NCBI GenBank assembly: GCA_016708345.1
Contig: JADJFX010000007.1
Location: 96,339 to 160,338 of the forward strand
Length of the DNA stretch: 64,000 bases
Reading direction: 5' to 3'
DNA from: Candidatus Rhodoferax bjergmarkensis
GTDB lineage: Bacteria; Pseudomonadota; Gammaproteobacteria; Burkholderiales; Burkholderiaceae_C
Each line of letters opens with the position of its first letter. Position 1 is the stretch's first letter. Shown here one piece after another: positions 1-8,762 of this stretch. The position numbers and the translations under genes are program-made. The notes under the pieces are model-generated. The model was not told the origin of the DNA and did not search any database. It saw only the letters and a list, made by a program, of their open reading frames with translations.

Positions 1-592
1 CAGGCAAGGTGGTTTTCATGAATTCAACCACCAAGGTTTGCCCTTGTTGGCGAATGTCCACACCCACTTGGTTGTTAGGCAGTGCGACAACGACCCTGCC
101 TGCACCTTCATCACCCCGACGGAAATCCAAATCTTTCAACGGCAAGGTATCGCGACTTCGATTTTCAGCAAACACGGGGGTAGCTGACACTGATGGTGCT
201 ACGGCTACCACCGTGTCCATGACAACCAGCAAGGATTTTCCTTGCAGCTGCGCCTTGTAAGTTGTAGCTTGTTTCAAATTCAGCACAACACGGGTTCGTT
301 CACCCGCCTGAACTACGCTGACAGACTTCAAATTACCTTGATTGATCTCGACTGTGGAACGCCCCATGGCGTTTGAAACACCCGGAAAATCAAGCGCAAT
401 TCTGGCAGGCGACTGAATCGAAAACCCGGTTGGAATCGCTGCAAGTGGTTGTGTCAGGTCAATTTTGACAACTTCAGAGCCACCTTGAATCGACCCAGAT
501 ACTGCCTCAATTGCACTCTGAGCCTGCGCGCCAAGAGCTAAAACCGTAAGCGAAGCAGCGATAAAAATTCGTTGCCAAATACGCTTTGCCAT
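1..592 (-). CDS. pilQ: Type IV pilus secretin PilQ (N-terminal part, runs off the window)
   Basis: Manual translation from ATG at 592: MAKRIWQRIFIAASLTVLALGAQAQSAIEAVSGSIQGG...PARIALDFPGV...RTRVVLNL (AMIN domains); follows pilP. Confidence 0.9.
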   Translation of the reverse strand, partial: MAKRIWQRIFIAASLTVLALGAQAQSAIEAVSGSIQGGSEVVKIDLTQPLAAIPTGFSIQSPARIALDFPGVSNAMGRSTVEINQGNLKSVSVVQAGERTRVVLNLKQATTYKAQLQGKSLLVVMDTVVAVAPSVSATPVFAENRSRDTLPLKDLDFRRGDEGAGRVVVALPNNQVGVDIRQQGQTLVVEFMKTTLP

Positions 593-609
593 TTCAAAGT
601 TTTGTTTGT

Positions 610-1152
610 TCATTTTGATCTCTCTTGCAATTGCAAAGTAGCTGTCCGCTCAATCCATTCACCCACCGCATCTTGCACAATTTCACGAAGTGTGACTTCG
701 GTTTCACTGATCTTGGTAACCCGTCCATAACTTTGACCAAGATAATTTCCAGGCCGCACTTGGTACAGCAAGTTGTCAACTTTGATCAAGGCCACTGGTT
801 GACCTGTCTTGATCAAACTGCCAACCATTGACAACGCGTCCAGCGGGAAAGCCTCCAGCGCTTCTTTGTGACGAGCCAATTCGGGCGCAATCAGCGCGCC
901 ATTGACTGCAGCTTGGGTGGACTCCCGCTTCAGCGCCTGTGTCAGCTTTTGGTTGCTGAAGGGCTCAGTCGCGCTTACTTCAGTGTAACTCTCTGGGTTG
1001 AATTGCTTTGGCTCAGAAATCGGTGCAATTTTGGGCATGGTCTGCTTTTTCTGGCTTTCCATCCACTGCGTGAGTTCGTCTTGGCTTGATGCGCTGCACC
1101 CCGCCAGCGCACAAACCGTTGCCAGACAGACCAATTTAGTCATCGGCTTCAT
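610..1152 (-). CDS. pilP: Type IV pilus lipoprotein PilP
   Basis: Lipobox LAGC, KEALEAFPLDALSMVG, GNYLGQSYGRV; operon position. Confidence 0.93.
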   Translation of the reverse strand: MKPMTKLVCLATVCALAGCSASSQDELTQWMESQKKQTMPKIAPISEPKQFNPESYTEVSATEPFSNQKLTQALKRESTQAAVNGALIAPELARHKEALEAFPLDALSMVGSLIKTGQPVALIKVDNLLYQVRPGNYLGQSYGRVTKISETEVTLREIVQDAVGEWIERTATLQLQERSK

Positions 1153-1823
1153 TTTTTGGCCCCTTTGGGTGCAGTGACCTTGCTTTGAGCTTCCACTTCA
1201 TCTTTGTCAAGATAGCGGAAGGTTTTGGCCGTCGTGTCCATAGCCAAAGTTCCGTCTTTCGCGGGCACTATCGCTAAATTATTTAGCGTCACAATTCGTG
1301 ACAAGTTGGCAATGTCTGAGGCAAAGGCACCAATGTCGTGGTAACGCCCAGTTACTCTTACCGCGATGGGAAGCTCGGCATAATAGTCCATTACAGCGAC
1401 TTGACCGGGTCGAAATAAATCAAACTGAAGACTGCGCCCCAAGCCGGCCTGGTTGATATCCGAAAGCAAGGCGTCCATTTCTGCTTTGCTTGGTAACTGC
1501 TTCTCCAGCTGAGTAACGTACTGTTGAACCTGCTCGCGCTGCTTTTTGAGCGCACCAAGATTAACTGCCTTACCCAACTTCACTGTGAACTCATCACGTA
1601 GCTTGACTTCTTTGGCCTGCTCTGCCACCAACTCTTCTTGCGAAGCACTTAACCACAAAAACCAAAGAGCAACCACCAACGCTATAGCAATCGCAGCAAA
1701 AGTAGCATACCGTGGCAACGCAGGCCAGCTCGATGGATCCTTTGGATCTAAGTTGCGAAACTGCCCAACCAATTTTTCCTGCAGCGCAGGAAAGTCGACA
1801 TTCATGGAAATATTGCTAGCCAT
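1149..1823 (-). CDS. pilO: Type IV pilus assembly protein PilO
   Basis: QLPSKAEMDALLSDINQAG, YYAELPI...GRYHDIGAF. Confidence 0.93.
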   Translation of the reverse strand: MASNISMNVDFPALQEKLVGQFRNLDPKDPSSWPALPRYATFAAIAIALVVALWFLWLSASQEELVAEQAKEVKLRDEFTVKLGKAVNLGALKKQREQVQQYVTQLEKQLPSKAEMDALLSDINQAGLGRSLQFDLFRPGQVAVMDYYAELPIAVRVTGRYHDIGAFASDIANLSRIVTLNNLAIVPAKDGTLAMDTTAKTFRYLDKDEVEAQSKVTAPKGAKK

Positions 1824-1835
1824 AATTTATTGCTC

Positions 1836-2504
1836 CTAGTTCTTCACAGGAGACGATGCAGCCGCTACAGGTACCACTGCTGCGGAAGCCGTATCGGCTG
1901 CAGCAGAAGCGGCGCTGGCAGCTGCTTTTGATTTTTCAGCCTCACTGGCCCGCACCAAACCAACACGGATGGTGAAATTGGCAACCCGACGCTGATCCCG
2001 CGGTGCCAAAGTCACTAAACCAGCCACAATTTCAACCAACTCAGGTTTTGAAAACCAAGGCGTGTTATTTCCCAAATTGCGCAGCAGCTCAGACACGCGT
2101 TCATTGGACTGTGCAGTACCCACTAGCGTGACGGATTGACCCTCTTGCTTCAAGCTGGAGATATAAACGCCATCGGGCAGTTGTTTCACAACCTCAGTCA
2201 ACAAATGCACAGGTAAATTTCGATCTGCTTGCAGATCCTCTACGGCTTTTTGGCGCGCGCGCAATGCAGCAATTTCGGACTCAAGCCCAGCAATGTCCTT
2301 GATTTGCTCATCGAATCGTTTGATTTCACTTTGCAGCATTTGGTTTTTACCCTGTTGGTCTGCAATCTGCGCTTGAAACCAAAGGAAAATAATGCCAGCC
2401 ATCAGTCCGCCGACAAGAGCCGAAACCGCAAGACTAACGTTGAATATGTCACGACGCAACTTGCGCGCCGCCTCTCTGTGAGGGAGCAGGTTGATCAGTA
2501 TCAC
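1836..2504 (-). CDS. pilN: Type IV pilus assembly protein PilN
   Basis: MILINLLPHRE N-terminus, TM segment, QSNERVSELLRNL. Confidence 0.93.
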   Translation of the reverse strand: MILINLLPHREAARKLRRDIFNVSLAVSALVGGLMAGIIFLWFQAQIADQQGKNQMLQSEIKRFDEQIKDIAGLESEIAALRARQKAVEDLQADRNLPVHLLTEVVKQLPDGVYISSLKQEGQSVTLVGTAQSNERVSELLRNLGNNTPWFSKPELVEIVAGLVTLAPRDQRRVANFTIRVGLVRASEAEKSKAAASAASAAADTASAAVVPVAAASSPVKN

Positions 2505-3580
2505 TGCATGAACCTCCGCAATGCCAAACCACAGGAGGTGAGATATGAAGGCGCTTCTCGAGTCATTTTCTTCAAGCGGACGTTAGCGCCCATCTCCATC
2601 CCATCAAACGGATTGACTAAATTACAGACGAAAGATGTGTGCTGCGTCACTGCTGCTGTAAGCCCCGGCAGAGCCGCTGAACCACCAGCCAGCATCACAT
2701 AGTCAACTTTATTGTGTGGGGTGCTGGTAAAGAAAAATTGCAAAGCACGACCAATTTCCTGAACCATGCTTTCGATAAACGGGCGCAGCACACTTGACTC
2801 GTAGTCATCGGGCAATTCACCGCTTCGTTTCTTGCTCTCCGCTTCCTCAAGCGAAAAACCATACTGGCGCACAATCAGCTGGGTCAATTGAGCACCCCCA
2901 AATGCTTGATCGCGATCGTACAAGACTTCATCATCACGAATGACCTGCATGCTGGTTGTCAAGGCACCCACTTCAAACAAGGCCACAACTTTTCCTGCGC
3001 CTTTGTTGGGCAAACTTTCAATCAAGCGGCCTGTCGCCAAACGGGACGCATAAGACTCCACGTCCACAATCACCGGCTTTAAACCAGCTGCCTCTGCCAA
3101 CCCTTGGATATCTTGCACTTTCTCACGGCGAGAGGCGGCTATCAACACCTCGACATCACCAGTAGAGTTTGCGCTTGGCCCCACAACGCAAAAGTCAAGG
3201 CTGACCTCCTCCAAGGGGAATGGGATGTACTGGTTGGCTTCAGTCTCTACCTGAACCTCCAGTTCCTGATCCGACATGCCACCCGGAAGAATTATTTTTT
3301 TGGTGATGACAGCAGATGGCGGCAGTGCCATTGCGACATTTTTGGTTTTTGTTCCGCTTTTTTTGACCAGCCGTCGAACGGCCTCAGCGACTTCATCGAA
3401 TTTTTCGATGTTTCCATCGCTAATCCATCCACGCTCTAGCGGTTCAATCGCACATCGTTCAAGCACCAATTTCCCAGCCTTGTCTCGACCCAACTCGACC
3501 AGTTTGACACTGGAAGAGCTGATGTCTAAGCCCAGCATGGGAGCGGGTTGACGGCTTAACAAGGACCCCAATGAGATCAA
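2501..3580 (-). CDS. pilM: Type IV pilus assembly protein PilM
   Basis: LGLDISSSSVKLVEL, actin-like LAGG motif; divergent from mrcA. Confidence 0.95.
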   Translation of the reverse strand: MISLGSLLSRQPAPMLGLDISSSSVKLVELGRDKAGKLVLERCAIEPLERGWISDGNIEKFDEVAEAVRRLVKKSGTKTKNVAMALPPSAVITKKIILPGGMSDQELEVQVETEANQYIPFPLEEVSLDFCVVGPSANSTGDVEVLIAASRREKVQDIQGLAEAAGLKPVIVDVESYASRLATGRLIESLPNKGAGKVVALFEVGALTTSMQVIRDDEVLYDRDQAFGGAQLTQLIVRQYGFSLEEAESKKRSGELPDDYESSVLRPFIESMVQEIGRALQFFFTSTPHNKVDYVMLAGGSAALPGLTAAVTQHTSFVCNLVNPFDGMEMGANVRLKKMTREAPSYLTSCGLALRRFMQ

Positions 3581-3854
3581 GACTATCCCCTGAAACAGGC
3601 CGATCGGCGATCAGCGAAACTTAAGAATTCACTTGAATCCTATCAGCAAGCTTATTGACCAGCAAAGGTTTTTTCGGTACCGAGGGATTACCAGCGTTGC
3701 CAAAAGCCGACGTTTTGTCGAAGCTCTGTCCCTGCAACCACCACCAGACCACAATGCATGCCCCGGAGACAATGTCGGATACAAATAGCACCCAAGCTGC
3801 GAAAGCGATATTTTTACAATTGCAAGTGATTCAAGTGATTACAAGAACCATTTT

Positions 3855-6248
3855 ATGTCCTCAAAATCCCCTTCCAGTGAAAACAAAACGACAAAAAATA
3901 CGGCACCACCCACAAGTGCTTTGAATTGGCTGCTTCGCTTTGCTTTATGGACGGGTGCGATGGCCCTAGCAGGGTTGTTTTCCATTCTGATCGTGATTGC
4001 GATAGCGTTGGCTGTGGCGTTCCCCAACCTGCCTGATATTTCTGACTTGCAGGATTACCGCCCCAAATTGCCTTTGCGCGTTTTTTCTTACGAGGGAGCG
4101 CTCATTGGTGAATTTGGCGAGGAGCGTCGACACCTGACGCCTGTTAAAGAGATACCGAAAGTAATGATTGACGCGGTATTGGCCATCGAGGATGCTCGAT
4201 TTTTTGAGCACGGTGGTGTTGACTACAAGGGCGTGTTGCGGGCGGCCTTGGCAAACTTGGGGCGCGTCAAAAGCCAAGGTGCATCTACCATCACCATGCA
4301 AGTGGCGCGCAATGTCTATTTATCGACCGAAAAGACATACACCCGCAAGATCTACGAAATTCTGCTGACATTTAAGCTGGAACACATGTTGACAAAAGAT
4401 CAGATTCTTGAAATCTACATGAATCAGATTTTTCTTGGCAATCGCGCGTACGGCTTCGCCGCAGCTTCAGAGGCTTATTTTGACAAACCGCTGGCAAACA
4501 TCACCATCGCTGAAGCGGCCATGTTGGCCGGTCTGCCCAAGGCTCCATCCGCTTACAACCCCATCAACAACCCCAAGCGGGCCAGATCCCGGCAGCTTCA
4601 CATCATCGAACGCATGCTGGAAAACAAATTCATTACGCCTGAGCAAGCTACTGCTGCAAAAAAGGAAGAACTGAAAGTTAAAACCACCGCTGACAACACC
4701 AAGGTGCATGCCGAATATGTGGCAGAAACTGTTCGGCAGTTGATGTTTGCCCAATACGGCGATGAGACCTACACCCGAGGATTGAATGTTTACACCACAC
4801 TGCGAGCCGCCGATCAGGACGTCGCTTACAGGGCACTGCGCAAAGGCATCATGGATTTTGAACGCAGACAGGTTTACCGCGGGCCAGAAAAATTTGTCAC
4901 ATTGCCCCTTCATAACAATGAAATTGAAGACAGCATTGACGAAGCATTGGACGATCATCCTGATAACGGTGACGTCATGTCTGCCTTGGTGCTCGAAGCT
5001 GACAGCAAGAAAATACGGGCGATTCGCCAAAACGGCGAGACGCTCGAGATCACGGGAGACGGTCTCAAACCAGCACAATCGGGCTTGTCGGACAAAGCGC
5101 CACCCAACATCAAGATTCGGCGCGGTGCCGTGATTCGGGTGGCAAAAACACTCAAGAACACTTGGGAAATCACGCAGTTGCCTGAGGTCGAGGGAGCCTT
5201 CGTAGCGCTTGATCCGCGCGACGGTTCAATCAAAGCCATGGTAGGAGGATTTGATTTCGAGAAAAACAAATTCAACCATGCCATGCAAGCTTGGCGGCAA
5301 CCCGGCTCCAGCTTCAAGCCCTTCATTTACTCAGCCGCTTTGGAGAAAGGAATTACCCCGGCTACCGTCATCAACGATGCCCCCTTGTTTTTTGATGCCG
5401 GCGTTACCGGTGGACAGCCTTGGGAGCCTAAGAACTATGACGGAAAATTTGAAGGCCCCATGACGATGCGACGGGGATTGGCGAAGTCAAAAAACATGGT
5501 TTCCATTCGGATTCTGCAAGCGGTGGGCGCTCAGAACGCGCAGGAATGGATCACACGCTTTGGCTTTGACCAAGACAAACACCCTGCTTATTTGACTATG
5601 GCACTTGGTGCCGGATCGGTGACACCGATACAAATGGCCTCTGCCTACTCGGTCTTTGCCAACGGTGGCTACCGCATCAACCCGTGGCTGATCAGCAAAA
5701 TAACTGAGCAAAAAGGCAAGGTCCTGGTGGAAACAATCCCACCGATTCTTGATGAGTCGATGCGCGCAATTGATGCACGCAACGCCTTCGTCATGGAAAG
5801 TTTGCTCCAGGAAGTCACCCGCTCAGGCACCGCAGCATCTGCTCAGGCAAAACTCAAAAGACCTGATTTATACGGAAAAACGGGAACAACCAATGATTCG
5901 ATGGATGCTTGGTTTGCCGGTTTTCAACCCACCTTGACGGCAGTTACCTGGATTGGTTACGACAAACCGCGCAAACTCGGGGATCGGGAAACCGGGGGGG
6001 GCCTGAGTTTGCCTGTCTGGATCCAATTCATGGAACATGCCCTCAAAAATGTTCCTGTGGTGGAGCCTGGTGCGCCAGAGGGGCTGATTCACTCTGGTGG
6101 GGAATGGTTTTATGACGAATTTGCGCATGGCTCTGGCGTCAGCAGCATGGGGTTGAACGACAGCATCGACGGTGAACCCGATACGCAGGTTCAAGAACTT
6201 CCAGCTGCCGATGAAAAGAAAAAAATACTTGATCTGTTCAAGAACTAA
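3855..6248 (+). CDS. mrcA: Penicillin-binding protein 1A
   Basis: Transglycosylase motifs EDARFFEH, GASTITMQ; transpeptidase SSFK, SKN, KTG. Confidence 0.95.
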   Translation: MSSKSPSSENKTTKNTAPPTSALNWLLRFALWTGAMALAGLFSILIVIAIALAVAFPNLPDISDLQDYRPKLPLRVFSYEGALIGEFGEERRHLTPVKEIPKVMIDAVLAIEDARFFEHGGVDYKGVLRAALANLGRVKSQGASTITMQVARNVYLSTEKTYTRKIYEILLTFKLEHMLTKDQILEIYMNQIFLGNRAYGFAAASEAYFDKPLANITIAEAAMLAGLPKAPSAYNPINNPKRARSRQLHIIERMLENKFITPEQATAAKKEELKVKTTADNTKVHAEYVAETVRQLMFAQYGDETYTRGLNVYTTLRAADQDVAYRALRKGIMDFERRQVYRGPEKFVTLPLHNNEIEDSIDEALDDHPDNGDVMSALVLEADSKKIRAIRQNGETLEITGDGLKPAQSGLSDKAPPNIKIRRGAVIRVAKTLKNTWEITQLPEVEGAFVALDPRDGSIKAMVGGFDFEKNKFNHAMQAWRQPGSSFKPFIYSAALEKGITPATVINDAPLFFDAGVTGGQPWEPKNYDGKFEGPMTMRRGLAKSKNMVSIRILQAVGAQNAQEWITRFGFDQDKHPAYLTMALGAGSVTPIQMASAYSVFANGGYRINPWLISKITEQKGKVLVETIPPILDESMRAIDARNAFVMESLLQEVTRSGTAASAQAKLKRPDLYGKTGTTNDSMDAWFAGFQPTLTAVTWIGYDKPRKLGDRETGGGLSLPVWIQFMEHALKNVPVVEPGAPEGLIHSGGEWFYDEFAHGSGVSSMGLNDSIDGEPDTQVQELPAADEKKKILDLFKN

Positions 6249-6315
6249 TCTGTTCAAAAATTAATTCGCAGCAGCCGGGAGTGCACTCAAACCCGCGTCC
6301 CGCGTCTATTGCCAC

Positions 6316-6645
6316 TCAACCAGCGAACTGCAACGGGCACCCCGCCTGTTCGCTGGCAAACCGCGATAAATTGAGAAAAAATTCGCCCTGCCCTTTGGTA
6401 TCAAACCATTGTTTGCTATCAAATTTGTAGTGATAACCGCCTGATTTGGCTGCCACCCACACTTCATGCAAGGGCTTTTGCAGATTGATGACAATCTGAC
6501 TTTTGTTGGGAAAAACAAGGGTAACCATGCCCCCTGTGCGTTGATTGTCGATATCGGCTGTGCTTTCGTCATTGATTCGGTCACAACTCGCCTCAACGGC
6601 TTTGAGCAAAATTTCCGCACGGTCCATGAATTCAGAGTCGGTCAT
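6316..6645 (-). CDS. cyaY: Iron donor protein CyaY (frataxin)
   Basis: [23 protein letters not shown]. Confidence 0.93.
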   Translation of the reverse strand: MTDSEFMDRAEILLKAVEASCDRINDESTADIDNQRTGGMVTLVFPNKSQIVINLQKPLHEVWVAAKSGGYHYKFDSKQWFDTKGQGEFFLNLSRFASEQAGCPLQFAG

Positions 6646-6656
6646 ACAATTTCACC

Positions 6657-6881
6657 ATGTTGCGATTCACTCAAATTTTAGTTAGTTTAGTAGCCTTGGG
6701 ATTGACCGTGCTGAGTCTGGGGGCGTGTGGTCAGCAAGGCCCGCTGTATCTGCCCACCGACCGAGCTGCCACTGGTCGGGCAACCTTACCCGAAACACTG
6801 TTGCCCTCGGCCGCGCGCAAAACCTCAAATGCCACCCCCCCTGTCCCAGCAGCATCTACCGCATCTTCAGTTCCTCAATGA
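6657..6881 (+). CDS. Small lipoprotein (LptM/LppL-like)
   Basis: LGACGQQGPLYLP motif; conserved position between cyaY and lysA. Confidence 0.8.
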   Translation: MLRFTQILVSLVALGLTVLSLGACGQQGPLYLPTDRAATGRATLPETLLPSAARKTSNATPPVPAASTASSVPQ

Positions 6882-8152
6882 CCACTCAAAATCTTCCCGG
6901 CCAACCCCAACTTGCCTACCGGGGCAACGAACTATTTACTGAATCCATGCGCCTGCGCGACCTGGCGAAGCAGCATGGCACGCCACTGTTTGTGTACTCC
7001 AAGGCATCGATGTTGTCCGCACTGGCTTCCTACCAGCGTGGATTTGCAGGCAGAAAGGTTCAAATTTGCTATGCCATGAAAGCCAACCCGGCGCTGGGCG
7101 TGATTCAGGTTTTTGCGCAAGCGGGTTGCGGTTTTGACATTGTGTCGGCAGGCGATATGGACCGTGTTTTGGCGGCGGGTGGTAAGGCCGAAAAAATCAT
7201 CTTCTCCGGCGTTGGCAAAACACGCTTTGAGATGCGCCGCGCACTTGAAGCAGGAATTGGCTGCTTCAATGTCGAAAGCGAAGCAGAGCTTGAGGTTTTA
7301 AGTGAAGTGGCCTTGTCTTTAGGACTGCGCGCACCCGTCAGTCTGCGCGTCAATCCCAACGTGGACCCCAAAACTCACCCGTATATTTCTACCGGCCTCA
7401 AAAGCAGCAAGTTCGGCGTGGCGCACGAACGCGTTGTGCAAACCTACCAACGAGCCGCTGAACTGGCCGGAGTTCGGGTCGTCGGTATCGATTGCCACAT
7501 CGGCTCCCAAATCACCCAAGAAGCCCCTTATCTGGACGCGGTAGACCGCATGTTGGACTTGGTTGAGGCCATTGAAGCGGCCGGCATTCCCATCCATCAC
7601 CTGGATTTTGGCGGCGGCCTAGGGATTGACTACAACGGTGAGACACCGCCAGGGGCCGATCAACTCTGGAAAAAAATGCTGGCCAAACTCGATGCCCGAG
7701 GCTTTGGGCAGCGACAGCTGATGATTGAGCCAGGGCGCTCGCTGGTTGGCAATGCGGGCGTGTGCCTCACCGAAGTGATTTACCTCAAACCCGGCGAACA
7801 AAAAAACTTCTGCATCATCGACGCCGCCATGAACGACTTGCCCCGGCCCGCCATGTACCAAGCCTACCATCAGATCGTTCCGCTAACACCACGCCCGGAT
7901 GCACCCAAACAATGGGATGTAGTCGGCCCGGTGTGCGAAAGTGGCGACTGGATTGGGCATGACCGCACATTGGCGGTGCAAAGCGGCGACTTGCTGGCGG
8001 TGTTGTCTGCTGGTGCTTACTGCATGAGCATGGCCAGCAACTACAACTCACGTGCGCGCGCCGCTGAGGTGCTGGTGGATGGCAGCCATGCACACCTCAT
8101 TCGCCGACGCGAAACCATAGTCGAACAGATGCAACAAGAACTTTTGCTGTGA
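6878..8152 (+). CDS. lysA: Diaminopimelate decarboxylase
   Basis: YAMKAN PLP lysine, HIGSQ, GPVCESGD; ATG at 6878 overlaps the upstream stop (ATGA). Confidence 0.95.
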   Translation: MTTQNLPGQPQLAYRGNELFTESMRLRDLAKQHGTPLFVYSKASMLSALASYQRGFAGRKVQICYAMKANPALGVIQVFAQAGCGFDIVSAGDMDRVLAAGGKAEKIIFSGVGKTRFEMRRALEAGIGCFNVESEAELEVLSEVALSLGLRAPVSLRVNPNVDPKTHPYISTGLKSSKFGVAHERVVQTYQRAAELAGVRVVGIDCHIGSQITQEAPYLDAVDRMLDLVEAIEAAGIPIHHLDFGGGLGIDYNGETPPGADQLWKKMLAKLDARGFGQRQLMIEPGRSLVGNAGVCLTEVIYLKPGEQKNFCIIDAAMNDLPRPAMYQAYHQIVPLTPRPDAPKQWDVVGPVCESGDWIGHDRTLAVQSGDLLAVLSAGAYCMSMASNYNSRARAAEVLVDGSHAHLIRRRETIVEQMQQELLL

Positions 8153-8162
8153 TGGGCGAAAG

Positions 8163-8480
8163 TTACAAACGCTTTTGCTTGGTCAGCTCTTTAGCGAGTT
8201 GATCGGCAGCGTCATCGATGTCCTTGGCCGGGTTTGTTTGACAGTAGTTATCAATCCAAAGAAAAAACGAACTACTGTCCGTGTCACGCAAAAAATCTTT
8301 GTTTTTTGAACTGGCAAGTCCAGACAGATAGCCAAGCAGCCACGCTTCATTTTCTGCTTTTGCGGCAGGGTTGGCTTTATCGTCGTTCCATGTCTTGCAA
8401 GACTGCGCACCGCGAATTTGAACGGCCCACACGTCCCAAGCGGCCGTGCTGAGCATCAGGCCAAACAGCGTCAGAATCAT
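8163..8480 (-). CDS. Small secreted hypothetical protein (HdeA/Rap1a-like two-Cys pattern)
   Basis: Signal peptide, SCKTW...AWLLGYLSG...WIDNYCQTNP; family assignment tentative. Confidence 0.55.
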   Translation of the reverse strand: MILTLFGLMLSTAAWDVWAVQIRGAQSCKTWNDDKANPAAKAENEAWLLGYLSGLASSKNKDFLRDTDSSSFFLWIDNYCQTNPAKDIDDAADQLAKELTKQKRL

Positions 8481-8762
8481 GATTTTTTTGACTGCACCAG
8501 CACTTGTTGTTTGCATTGCCCTTCTCACTTCCACGAATTCCAACCAAGCGAATCGTCTCGCTTCATAAATCAGTTTTGTGAAAAACTGAATCGCACCGGA
8601 CACCGGATTCACCTAAGTAAACATGGTAATTCAATTTACCCCCGGAAATTCCCCATTAACCCTTGCGCATTGCCAGCTTGTGTTTCAACATGCTGACTTT
8701 TGAATTTTTCCAATGAAATAAGCACCTACCGCACGTCCTGTATGCGCATGGCGCTATAAAAA

